A DNA stretch of 30,500 bases from a virus (taxonomy: Duplodnaviria; Caudoviricetes), in IMG/VR virus record IMGVR_UViG_3300017911_001598, positions 1 through 30,500 of that record; one strand, written 5' to 3'. Shown piece by piece: positions 1 through 8,184 of this stretch. Each line of letters starts with the position of its first letter. Positions within the stretch are counted from its first letter, which is position 1. The notes beneath the pieces are model-generated. The model was not told the DNA's origin. It did not search any database and saw nothing but the letters and a program-made list of their open reading frames with translations. Both the position numbers and the translations under genes were made by a program.

Positions 1-34
1 CACAGGCGTGTTGGTGTGTCCCACACGTGTAGCC

Positions 35-222
35 GCTTTACTACACATGAGAACGCCTTACTGCGAGGGCTTTACGAGGGGCTTTACTTAGGCGGAGGGA
101 TGGCTTTACGAGGGCGCTTTACGCTGCTTAAGCCACACACAGCGCTCGACCAAAATTTTGAAAAATTTTTAGGGTACTAAGCCACCTTAGTGTACTAAAA
201 GCCTGCGACACCGTTAAGCCAC
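35..222. repeat. Non-coding repeat/palindrome region (candidate origin or packaging/terminus site)
   Basis: GCTTTAC at 35, 69, 81, 103, 116 (near copy GCCTTAC at 55); adjacent perfect palindromes CAAAATTTTG (151-160) and AAAAATTTTT (161-170); YTAAGCCAC at 128, 177, 214. Confidence 0.7.
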
Positions 223-241
223 AGGGCTACATGGCTCGCTC

Positions 242-1084
242 ATGGACCCGTTTGGCGCAGCGTGGGTTTTTGTCAAAGAGGAGCATCTTGACCCATCTGA
301 TAGGCAGTACGGCGAAACAATGGTGGATTATCAGAACCGAGTGTTTGGAGGCGCTTGCAAATTTTGCAACAGCGGTAGGGTAGCCTTGCAGAACGCTTAT
401 TTTCTTGAGCCAAGGTGCATGGAATGCATTGGGAGGGCAGCAGAAGAATTGTTCCCGTCAATGGAAGAGTTACAGACGCAGTTGAATCAGGGTGCGGCGG
501 AGGGGCGTAATCCCCGTTATCAAATAGCGCAGCCGACGCCTCCGACAGTTCAGACGGCTGACTCAGGTTTTCCTTCGCATTTTTCTGAGGCCATGAAAAG
601 CGAACCGTTTGACGCAGCGTGGTCAGTTCTCAAAGCGGGGGTGATTCGACCTGTGGGAAGACTCAACGAGCGCAACGTCGTACTGATTGGCGGCGTCCCT
701 TACTATCAATCATCAAAAGGAACGTCGGGTAAAGCAGCCGGTGCGTTTTACCCATTTGCAGGTGTTGAGCCTGATTCAAGCACGCACGAGGGGCTTCCTT
801 CGACTGAATACAAAACGCCGTGGTGGATGAAGGGTGAAGAGTATCACATGGGCGGCAACAATCCTGAACACGCTATGGACTGGAGGAGGAACATAGGTCA
901 GACAACGCCTGCGGGTCAGCGAGCGACTGGTTTGTCCGACCACATTGACAGTGCTATCACACGCATCATGGCCGAGCAGTATCCTCAAGGGATGAATGTC
1001 AGGCAACTAAACATGGCGCTTGAAGAAGCAGGTAGTCCGCCGATTCCGATTCGTGGTGAGTACGACACCGAGTTGGCCGAGTAG
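242..1084 (+). CDS. Hypothetical protein with two copies of the PFDxAWxxLK tag and a CxxC...CxxC motif
   Basis: 280-aa ORF; MDPFGAAWVFVK at the N-terminus and EPFDAAWSVLKA at about 602-637; CKFC and CMEC; TTAAG 28 nt upstream. Confidence 0.85.
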   Translation: MDPFGAAWVFVKEEHLDPSDRQYGETMVDYQNRVFGGACKFCNSGRVALQNAYFLEPRCMECIGRAAEELFPSMEELQTQLNQGAAEGRNPRYQIAQPTPPTVQTADSGFPSHFSEAMKSEPFDAAWSVLKAGVIRPVGRLNERNVVLIGGVPYYQSSKGTSGKAAGAFYPFAGVEPDSSTHEGLPSTEYKTPWWMKGEEYHMGGNNPEHAMDWRRNIGQTTPAGQRATGLSDHIDSAITRIMAEQYPQGMNVRQLNMALEEAGSPPIPIRGEYDTELAE

Positions 1085-1124
1085 CATCAGCAACAATAAT
1101 ATCACACGTCTGCCTCAGACCACC

Positions 1125-1619
1125 ATGGTCAGCCCGTTCGACTCCGCTTGGTCGATACTAAAGTTCGGCTATCCGGGGGGAATACCGGGGGCCGACTACT
1201 CGCAGTCAAGGGCTGGGGATGGGATGAGAGGTGCAGGGGCACCACGACAGGCTCAGGCTGATGCAACGATTCCCCCAGTGTTCAACCCGAAGCCACGTTT
1301 CAACGAATATGGGACTGACATGAGCCACGTCACTCGGACAACTGATATGTCAGGTCGACCGCTTGCACCTTTTCCTCAATTCAGAAATACTATGGAAATG
1401 TTTGAAGCAATGGGACGTTCACCGTTTACGCCTCAGGGTAGACTTCCTGAGGGGGTGAGTCGTTTAGTGCACCGAGGCACTGATTTACCGAAAAGTCGAT
1501 TACCTGTGGCACAAGTTCCGCTTCGTGCAGGTGACAATTTAGACGAGAAGGCTATTGGCGAATACTTGGAAGCGCTAAAGCGTGAGCGAATGCGCCGAGC
1601 GCGACAAATGATGGAGTGA
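1125..1619 (+). CDS. Hypothetical tagged protein
   Basis: Start moved from 1020 to ATG 1125 (MVSPFDSAWSILK), which removes the overlap with the upstream gene and matches the start of the next gene. Confidence 0.85.
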   Translation: MVSPFDSAWSILKFGYPGGIPGADYSQSRAGDGMRGAGAPRQAQADATIPPVFNPKPRFNEYGTDMSHVTRTTDMSGRPLAPFPQFRNTMEMFEAMGRSPFTPQGRLPEGVSRLVHRGTDLPKSRLPVAQVPLRAGDNLDEKAIGEYLEALKRERMRRARQMME

Positions 1620-1625
1620 TAATGT

Positions 1626-2474
1626 ATGGTCAGCCCTCTTGACACCGCTTGGTCAATCCTCAAAGCGTTGTCACGTGAGGACTTAGAGATGGCTGCTCGC
1701 ACAGGCGGTATTCCAATTACGGCTGCTCGTCGACAGGCATTCGCTGATTCTCCCGAAGAACTGGAACTTTCTCCAACTTTGTTACAAACCATGCGACCTG
1801 AGTTCTATGGGCGCCCTGATTACATGTACGAACAGGAGCCACCGGTTGACATGATGACGCCTCTTTCGCCAATGAATCAACCAATTACAGACGACTTCGG
1901 CAACATCATCGTTAATCCAAAGCAAACAGGTGGGCAGGGTGAATTTGGGGGTATGATGCAAGAGTACAACGAGGCTATCTTCCCCGAAGCGGAGGCTGAA
2001 CACCACAGAATCAATGCGCCTACACCAGTCAGCACACCGGGAGTTGGCGACCCGAATCGGCGATTCCTTGAACAACGTCTTCAAGATATGAATTACGAAA
2101 TCGCACAGATGAACGCTGCGGGAATGGACCCACGTACGGACCTGCAACTCAGGAATCTTATGCAAGAGCGTATGAAACTCATGCACCGCATCGGTCAACG
2201 ACCTGCACCGATACCCGGTGTACCGCTACCAATCGAAGAAGCAGGCGATGCTTCGATGCCCGACCCGTCACAGATGGAACACTTGGGCGCACAGTTAGCG
2301 CACGCTGACATGATGCGTGACGATTTGAACCCCTCACCAAACCAAGCAATTCGACCCGGTCAACCAGCCGATGCAGGTTTCGTACGTCATAGGCAAAGCA
2401 ATCTTTTGAATCGAATGATGGATGGCAAGCCTTTGAGCATTGAGGAACTGATGTACTTAACAAGACTGGACTAA
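1626..2474 (+). CDS. Hypothetical tagged protein, Pro/Met/Gln-rich
   Basis: MVSPLDTAWSILKA; SD GGAGTGA upstream; 282 aa. Confidence 0.88.
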   Translation: MVSPLDTAWSILKALSREDLEMAARTGGIPITAARRQAFADSPEELELSPTLLQTMRPEFYGRPDYMYEQEPPVDMMTPLSPMNQPITDDFGNIIVNPKQTGGQGEFGGMMQEYNEAIFPEAEAEHHRINAPTPVSTPGVGDPNRRFLEQRLQDMNYEIAQMNAAGMDPRTDLQLRNLMQERMKLMHRIGQRPAPIPGVPLPIEEAGDASMPDPSQMEHLGAQLAHADMMRDDLNPSPNQAIRPGQPADAGFVRHRQSNLLNRMMDGKPLSIEELMYLTRLD

Positions 2475-2495
2475 AGCAACAAGGAGATGAACAAA

Positions 2496-2963
2496 ATGCA
2501 ACCAATTGATACAGCATGGAACGTACTGAAATCACGAACGATACGAGACCAATCTTCAATTCATGGTGAGTATGGGCGACCGGGTAAATTCAGACAACCA
2601 CAAACCATGAAGGACATTGAGCCACCAGTACCCGGACCTGCACGTTCAACACAAACCAACAGAATGAAGCGTGAAATGGACCGACAGCGCCAAGACGAAA
2701 TGATGGGCGACACGCGTGACCCGTTTGCTGCGAATGAGGAGGACGACTTAATGGACGAACTCAACCCACGAAGAGATGAGATAGCGCCTCGACCTGCGCC
2801 ACCTGCTTCGCCAGCCAAGATAAAGCCTGACCCAGTCTCACCTGAATTTATTCAACAACTGATGGCCGAAGGTGGCTCGTTTGGCTTGCCTCCGAAGTTG
2901 CAACAAGCAGCGGAAGAGATGCGCCGCAAAGAAATGGCCGACAAACTCATAGGAATGGGATGA
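2496..2963 (+). CDS. Hypothetical tagged protein
   Basis: MQPIDTAWNVLKS; GGAGATGA SD-like sequence precedes ATG 2496 (alternative start 2487). Confidence 0.85.
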   Translation: MQPIDTAWNVLKSRTIRDQSSIHGEYGRPGKFRQPQTMKDIEPPVPGPARSTQTNRMKREMDRQRQDEMMGDTRDPFAANEEDDLMDELNPRRDEIAPRPAPPASPAKIKPDPVSPEFIQQLMAEGGSFGLPPKLQQAAEEMRRKEMADKLIGMG

Positions 2964-2967
2964 ACTA

Positions 2968-3159
2968 ATGCAACCAATTGATACAGCGTGGATAATTTTG
3001 AAAGATATGGCAGGCATATGCCGTGCTTGTGGCGAAAAGGGAATGCGTAGTGGTATTTGCCAAGCATGTGGAACGCCCTCACTGCGCTCTCAGGAACGAG
3101 CAGAAGTGCCTGATTACAAGCGACAAATTCGTGAACAGATGGGAACGGCTGATGACTAA
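2968..3159 (+). CDS. Small tagged zinc-ribbon protein
   Basis: MQPIDTAWIILKD followed by CRAC...CQAC. Confidence 0.85.
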   Translation: MQPIDTAWIILKDMAGICRACGEKGMRSGICQACGTPSLRSQERAEVPDYKRQIREQMGTADD

Positions 3160-3332
3160 TGAGTTGGGCAGAGTACTTGGTAATTGCATTCATCGCTTTC
3201 GTAGCGGGATTTTTGGTGATGTGGGTCATTACAGAAGACCTACGTGACAAAACAGTTCTCATCACGGATGAAGAAGTTCAGCAAGATTGCATCAGTGGCT
3301 TGCGAAACTCCGCTTTCATGCAAAAAGATTAA
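3159..3332 (+). CDS. Small single-pass membrane protein (57 aa, absent from the ORF track)
   Basis: TAATG stop/start coupling; translates MSWAEYLVIAFIAFVAGFLVMWVITEDLRDK...AFMQKD*, with an N-terminal hydrophobic helix. Confidence 0.8.
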   Translation: MSWAEYLVIAFIAFVAGFLVMWVITEDLRDKTVLITDEEVQQDCISGLRNSAFMQKD

Positions 3333-3357
3333 GTAAATCGCCTGATTCAAGTCTATC

Positions 3358-3442
3358 GGGTGAGGGTTGGTTTTTCTTCTTGGGCTTCAATTTCAAGAGT
3401 AACCTCCTCTCAGGGTTCCTTTCTTCTTTCCAACCCTCGCCC
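3358..3442 (+). ncRNA. Candidate structured RNA (13-bp closing stem with two internal hairpins)
   Basis: GGGTGAGGGTTGG (3358-3370) pairs with CCAACCCTCGCCC (3430-3442), one G-U; TTAAGTA box 29 nt before the stem. Confidence 0.45.
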
Positions 3443-3486
3443 ATCCACCTCTATCGTTAAGTACAGCGAATGCTTGTGAGCCGAAC

Positions 3487-4326
3487 ATGCGATTAACAGT
3501 TTATGAAGTCGGACCACGAGACGGGCTACAGAATTTACCTGTGTTTGTACCTACAGACATGAAACGTCGGCTGATTTCAGAACTGTACAAGTCAGGAATC
3601 GAACACATCGAAGAAGTTTCGTTCGTACATCCCAAGCGTGTGCCACAGATGGCGGACGCTGAGGATGTGTATGCGTATGGTGCAGCACTGGTCATGAACC
3701 CAAAGGGTATGGAACGAGCACTCGCAACGGGCGTAAAACTGTTCAACGTGGTGTTTTCACCCTGCGAGACGTTCAACATCAACAACATGGGACGCACACG
3801 TACGGAATTGGTGTACATGTTCAAGAACATGCTCCAAGGGATACCCAAAGAAAACGTACGTGTGTACATTTCAATGGCGTTCGGTAGTCCTTATTCGGGC
3901 GAGATTCCACCATATCTGCTCAAACAGTGTGTGCGTGACGCCTCAATGATTGGTTCAACTGTCGTTTTTGCGGACACTGTCGGTCGAGCCACGCGTGAAG
4001 AGATTGAAATTGCAGCCGATTATGCACGTGAGTATTCACTTACTTCCGCTTTGCATCTTCACCACAGCGAAGGGGATGAAGAAAAAGCACTTGAACGCGT
4101 TCGATACGGAATTTTTGCAGGTATCACGCAATTCGACTCCAGTATCGGGGGATTGGGAGGCTGTCCGTTCGTTGAAGGTAGCGGAGGTAACCTTGCTACT
4201 GAACGTTTGGTTCAGTACTTGAACGACCACGCGTTCGATGTCGGCTTAACCGTCGACGATTTACAAGGTGCACTCGTATGGGCGAACAAAGTCAAAGCCT
4301 TACAAGCACAGTCAGTCGTCGCTTAG
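3487..4326 (+). CDS. Hydroxymethylglutaryl-CoA lyase family protein (DRE-TIM metallolyase)
   Basis: N-terminal EVGPRDGLQN, metal-binding HLH, GLGGCPF with catalytic Cys, and GNLATE motifs. Confidence 0.93.
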   Translation: MRLTVYEVGPRDGLQNLPVFVPTDMKRRLISELYKSGIEHIEEVSFVHPKRVPQMADAEDVYAYGAALVMNPKGMERALATGVKLFNVVFSPCETFNINNMGRTRTELVYMFKNMLQGIPKENVRVYISMAFGSPYSGEIPPYLLKQCVRDASMIGSTVVFADTVGRATREEIEIAADYAREYSLTSALHLHHSEGDEEKALERVRYGIFAGITQFDSSIGGLGGCPFVEGSGGNLATERLVQYLNDHAFDVGLTVDDLQGALVWANKVKALQAQSVVA

Positions 4327-4354
4327 ATTAAATATAGGACACTAATCGCTATTC

Positions 4355-4495
4355 ATGGGTCGCAGTCGAAGCCCCGCATGTCCCGACTGTTTGACCCGCC
4401 CCACTCAACGATTGTATATCAAAACCAAAGGTCAGAACAAGCAAGAAGGATTTGCTTGGCACTGTCCCGCCTGCGAATGCATGTGGAAACAATAA
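4355..4495 (+). CDS. Small CPxC zinc-finger protein (46 aa, absent from the ORF track)
   Basis: MGRSRSPACPDC...WHCPACECMWKQ*; TTAAATATA box 27 nt upstream. Confidence 0.75.
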   Translation: MGRSRSPACPDCLTRPTQRLYIKTKGQNKQEGFAWHCPACECMWKQ

Positions 4496-4521
4496 AATCA
4501 TGTGGCTTTCTGTGACATCAC

Positions 4522-4836
4522 ATGGCGGAGCCTTTTGACGATGCTTGGGATATTCTCAAAGCAAAGAGGAAGTCTAAGCCGTTTCACGGGTACAACCCCA
4601 ATAAGCACAGCAAAAAGGGTGGGCTGAACGCCAAAGGTCGTGCTGCTGCAAAGCGTAAGACAGGTGCAAACCTCAAGCCACCTGTCACAACAAAGCCAAG
4701 TAAACTCAAACCCGGCTCTAAGAAAGCAAAGCGACGAAAGTCGTTCTGTGCACGAATGGCAGGCGTCAAAGGACCGACCAGTAAGAAAGGTAAACTTACA
4801 CCAAAGGGAGCCTCGCTTAAGAGGTGGAATTGTTGA
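4522..4836 (+). CDS. Tagged, highly basic protein (resembles the DUF6321-type marine phage family)
   Basis: MAEPFDDAWDILKA, then GGLNAKGR...NLKPPV...RRKSFCARM...WNC; family name recalled, not searched. Confidence 0.85.
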   Translation: MAEPFDDAWDILKAKRKSKPFHGYNPNKHSKKGGLNAKGRAAAKRKTGANLKPPVTTKPSKLKPGSKKAKRRKSFCARMAGVKGPTSKKGKLTPKGASLKRWNC

Positions 4837-5285
4837 CGGTTTTGGTCAAGCGCATTCAGTCGCCTGAGGCGAAGCGTCACAAGGTTGAGTACGACACCAA
4901 GTACGAATCGTCACCAAAGCGAGTTAAGTATCGTGAAGAGTTGAATCAAGAGCGCCGAAAGCGTGGCATGTACGGCGACGGCAGTCATCGAGATATTAGT
5001 CACACGCAAGGTAACAAACTGACAATCGAGGATGAGCATGACAACCGTGCACGGCACTTCAAGGACAAAGGAACACTACGACCCGTGCAAAAATCGTGTG
5101 ACTGCGAACATTGTACAGGTATGCATGCTGCCATTGACCTGTTGGAAAAGAAGTTGTGTCCAGCAGGCAAAGCGGCAGCCAAGCGCAAGTTCAAAGTCTA
5201 CCCTTCGGCTTACGCTAACGGATGGGCAGTTCAATACTGTCGAGGTAAGTTCCGAGGTAAGAAAAAGGGAGGGAAGAAGAAATGA
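4833..5285 (+). CDS. Basic two-domain protein (HNH-like segment plus VYPSAYANG domain)
   Basis: Likely TTG start at 4833 after GAGGTGG, overlapping the upstream stop; DISH...NRARH; CDCEHC; KLCPAGK...VYPSAYANGWAVQYC. Confidence 0.8.
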   Translation: MTVLVKRIQSPEAKRHKVEYDTKYESSPKRVKYREELNQERRKRGMYGDGSHRDISHTQGNKLTIEDEHDNRARHFKDKGTLRPVQKSCDCEHCTGMHAAIDLLEKKLCPAGKAAAKRKFKVYPSAYANGWAVQYCRGKFRGKKKGGKKK

Positions 5286-5488
5286 ACCCTCTTGAAGCAG
5301 CGTGGGCTATTATCAAGGGCAAAGAGGATGCTCCGAACTATCGAAAGGCGACAGGTTCGCAAAAATGCGGTAATTGCAAGGCTTGGGATTCGTCGAAAAC
5401 AGACGACCCGATGACAGGCTACTGTGAGTGGTATGACTTTACGTGCCGTGCAGACCACGTGTGCGATGCATGGGCGGGGAAGAAATGA
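5282..5488 (+). CDS. Tagged small Cys protein, HiPIP-like
   Basis: MNPLEAAWAIIKG; Y...C-x2-C-x15-C-x12-C-x2-W; ATGA coupling on both sides. Confidence 0.8.
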   Translation: MNPLEAAWAIIKGKEDAPNYRKATGSQKCGNCKAWDSSKTDDPMTGYCEWYDFTCRADHVCDAWAGKK

Positions 5489-6282
5489 GCAAAGTCGTCG
5501 TCCGCAAGAACTTGAACCGATGGTTTAAGGAAAAGTGGGTCGACGTTTCACGCCGTGATAAGGACGGTAAGCATCCTCCGTGCGGTCGAAGCAAAGCAAA
5601 GACCTCAAGTAAAGGCTATCCAAAGTGTCGACCATCAGTTAAGGTCAGCAGCAAAACGCCCAAGACCAGTGGCTCAATGACGTCGGGTCAAAAGCGTGCA
5701 GCGACCAAGCGTAAGCGAAGCAAGAAACAAGGTGTAGGCGGTAAGCCGACGATTGTCAAGCAAGAAGATTTTTCTTTTGTGTCGATGGCCGAGGACGAAC
5801 GACAACTTCCTGTGCCTACGCACACAAACCAACCTCGTTCAACGCATCCCGGCTTTTCACGCACAGACGTGTTCCGACTTCCTTCTTATCCATCAAATAT
5901 AGCACTCCCGACTGCTCAAGCAGCACCACGATTAGTACCTGTCGTGAGTGGACCTGACCCCTTCGGACCTTTTAGACGCACTTATCAAATCGCTGACAAA
6001 GAGCAATACGAGCGAGCGCTACGTGCACCCGATGAAGAAACACGAAGGGCGGCTATGAACGAAGTTCCTCGTGTTATGACACAAGGTGTACAGTCAGGAC
6101 AGAACGTTTTCCGTATGCCTACGTTCTATGGCATGCCTTACAACGAATCAACTTACTTCACTACAGGCGAGCCTATGGACTTGGCGTTCAGATTGCTTAA
6201 GCGAGACATGTCGCACTGCAACTGCAATGCGCCCAAAGGCTTTTCGTGCCGAGCACACTGCAAGAGCAAGGAGAAGCGATGA
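5485..6282 (+). CDS. Basic modular protein with an internal tag
   Basis: Start at ATG 5485 (ATGA overlap); RWFKEKWVDV...CGR...YPKCRP...KTPKT domain; TGEPMDLAFRLLKR near the C-terminus before a Cys/His tail. Confidence 0.85.
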   Translation: MSKVVVRKNLNRWFKEKWVDVSRRDKDGKHPPCGRSKAKTSSKGYPKCRPSVKVSSKTPKTSGSMTSGQKRAATKRKRSKKQGVGGKPTIVKQEDFSFVSMAEDERQLPVPTHTNQPRSTHPGFSRTDVFRLPSYPSNIALPTAQAAPRLVPVVSGPDPFGPFRRTYQIADKEQYERALRAPDEETRRAAMNEVPRVMTQGVQSGQNVFRMPTFYGMPYNESTYFTTGEPMDLAFRLLKRDMSHCNCNAPKGFSCRAHCKSKEKR

Positions 6283-6485
6283 GCATGTTACCACATTGGG
6301 TCATTACTGCTCATGGCTACATGCTGCGCCAAATCGAAAAGTGCGTGGACATGCTTGAAGAACATGTCGACGAGCACCCCGAACTCATGGTCGATTTGAT
6401 TGAGGCTCAGGAGTATTACACGTACTTGCGTAAAGAACACAGGCACATCATCGAGGGAGGTGACATGTTTGTCTACGCCGACTGA
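6279..6485 (+). CDS. Small helical hypothetical protein
   Basis: ATGA overlap at 6279 after GGAG; fills the gap between its neighbours. Confidence 0.7.
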   Translation: MSMLPHWVITAHGYMLRQIEKCVDMLEEHVDEHPELMVDLIEAQEYYTYLRKEHRHIIEGGDMFVYAD

Positions 6486-8106
6486 TGTAGCCTTTTCAGT
6501 TCTCAAGACTGACCTTCGGTTTGGTGAACAAGACCCCGATGACCCGAAACCAATGTACCTTGACCTACGTCGAAGGGACTTTGGTCGAGACTTGGTCGAT
6601 GACCAAGGTCGTGAGGCTGGGTTTGCCGACGAGTTTGTTTCGGCTGCTCAGCGACATAACAACGAAAATTATGTCGGTTACTACGACGATGATGATGAAT
6701 ATGCGGGTTACTATGACGAATATGAAACATCTCCACAAGAACTGCGTGAACAGGCAATGTCCGAACTGGATGATAAAGACAGGGCAGCCGCTGCACGAAT
6801 GATTGACCACATCAAAAATATGGACATTGGTAATGCTATGTTTTTGGCGCACGCAGGTGGGCGTGGGTTTAACGTGCCCGAAGACGAACAACGCGCACTC
6901 GTTGCTCAAGCGCAACAAGAAGCGGCTGCGGGTCAAGAGGGTGCACCTTTGTTTGCTCGTGAAGGGTTTTATGGTCCGCACAATATGTTTAGGCAACCTG
7001 AATTTTTCGATAGGGCTTTGCCACTTGGACCCGACACAAAGTTAGCATCGCTCGATATGCCGATTGATGCAGCCTTGTCAGTTCTCAAGCCTGAGGAAGA
7101 AGTTCGTAAGATTTTACCTGCCTTGATGTTGGGTTACGGCGCTTATCAGGGCATAAAAAACGTGCGTGACAACAAAGTCACTGACCCTTTTATTGGTAGA
7201 GAGTTGGCTGAGGGAGACGACTCTCTTGGAAGCACGACCTTGCAGTTCGGAACAGGACTTGCTCAAGGTGCTCTCCCGTTGGGTAGTCTTAAGTTAGGCG
7301 GCAAAGTTGGCGGCAAAGTATTAGCACGACGACGTGCAGGTAAATACGCAGCAGCACAGAGAGAAGCAGCGGAGGCGAGCGCAAAGCACGCTCGTATGTC
7401 AGCCCAACAACAACGGGCATCATTGCAATCACAAAACCCCGGTATCGTTTTTGGTCAGACAGTGCAGCCACTTCCTCCGTCACAAGTCGGTGCAGCACGC
7501 ACAGCCATGCAACAAGCACAAGGAAGAGTAGCAAGATATGCACCAAAGGCAGCAAAAGCGCCCAAACAACGCAGTATGTTGACGCCGCTTGCAGTCGGAG
7601 GCGGCATCGCCTACGCTGGTCAACAAATTGCTGACGCTCTTGGCAATATGTCCGTGGGCGGAGGCGGTACCGCAGCACCCTCAGGTAGCGGTATGGGTGG
7701 CGGACAGCAACAGCAACAGGGCCAGTTCAGTCTCGCAGGTGACCCGTCTGCTGGAAACCAAAATCTTCAAAATGTAGGAGTCGGTCAGACAGGACGAGAA
7801 CAGATTTGGCAACAAGGCGGCTCAGGTACATTCGACCAAAAACAAAAAGGTGAGACAATGACATTTACACACTACGACGGCAACGAAATGCTTCGCAAGA
7901 CATTGGAAGACCTTGACAAGATGCATTGTGCTACGGCAAAAGCCGATTGTCCAAAGTGTGGCAAAGATTGCAAGTGCGACGAGAAACAAAAAGCCGATGA
8001 TGGCGACAAGAAAAAGAAACCTGCTCACGGTATGGTTATCGTAATTGGTTCTAAAAACGCTGGACCCGGTCCTTCGACCGACGGCAAGCGTGATTCCAAG
8101 GACTGA
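6469..8106 (+). CDS. Modular protein with two tags, a Gly/Ala/Gln-rich region and a C-terminal Cys cluster; possible virion internal protein
   Basis: GGAGGTGA at 6456-6463 then TTG 6469 gives MSTPTDVAFSVLKT; second tag MPIDAALSVLKP at 7057; CPKCGKDCKC near the end. Confidence 0.85.
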   Translation: MSTPTDVAFSVLKTDLRFGEQDPDDPKPMYLDLRRRDFGRDLVDDQGREAGFADEFVSAAQRHNNENYVGYYDDDDEYAGYYDEYETSPQELREQAMSELDDKDRAAAARMIDHIKNMDIGNAMFLAHAGGRGFNVPEDEQRALVAQAQQEAAAGQEGAPLFAREGFYGPHNMFRQPEFFDRALPLGPDTKLASLDMPIDAALSVLKPEEEVRKILPALMLGYGAYQGIKNVRDNKVTDPFIGRELAEGDDSLGSTTLQFGTGLAQGALPLGSLKLGGKVGGKVLARRRAGKYAAAQREAAEASAKHARMSAQQQRASLQSQNPGIVFGQTVQPLPPSQVGAARTAMQQAQGRVARYAPKAAKAPKQRSMLTPLAVGGGIAYAGQQIADALGNMSVGGGGTAAPSGSGMGGGQQQQQGQFSLAGDPSAGNQNLQNVGVGQTGREQIWQQGGSGTFDQKQKGETMTFTHYDGNEMLRKTLEDLDKMHCATAKADCPKCGKDCKCDEKQKADDGDKKKKPAHGMVIVIGSKNAGPGPSTDGKRDSKD

Positions 8107-8130
8107 GGGTTGTCCCTCTTCCCTCGGTCC
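8100..8130 (+). terminator. Stem-loop at the end of the tagged-gene array
   Basis: GGACTGAGGG / CCCTCGGTCC 10-bp stem (one G-U) with an 11-nt pyrimidine-rich loop, overlapping the stop codon; no U-tract follows. Confidence 0.45.
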
Positions 8131-8184
8131 ACCTTAGAACATTTTATCAATGCGTTGTAATTAGGACACTATGAGAGGGACACT

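Noticed and set aside
35-122. CRISPR array
   Set aside because: Repeats are only about 7-12 bp with irregular short spacing, and there are no cas genes
3358-3442. tRNA
   Set aside because: No TTCRA T-loop or D-loop consensus, the closing stem is too long, and there are only two inner arms
6400-6468. Upstream extensions in the ORF track (also starts at 1020, 5443, 6246, 8939, 11360, 15692, 18972, 28604)
   Set aside because: Most overlap upstream genes; downstream starts have a better SD, coupling or promoter spacing
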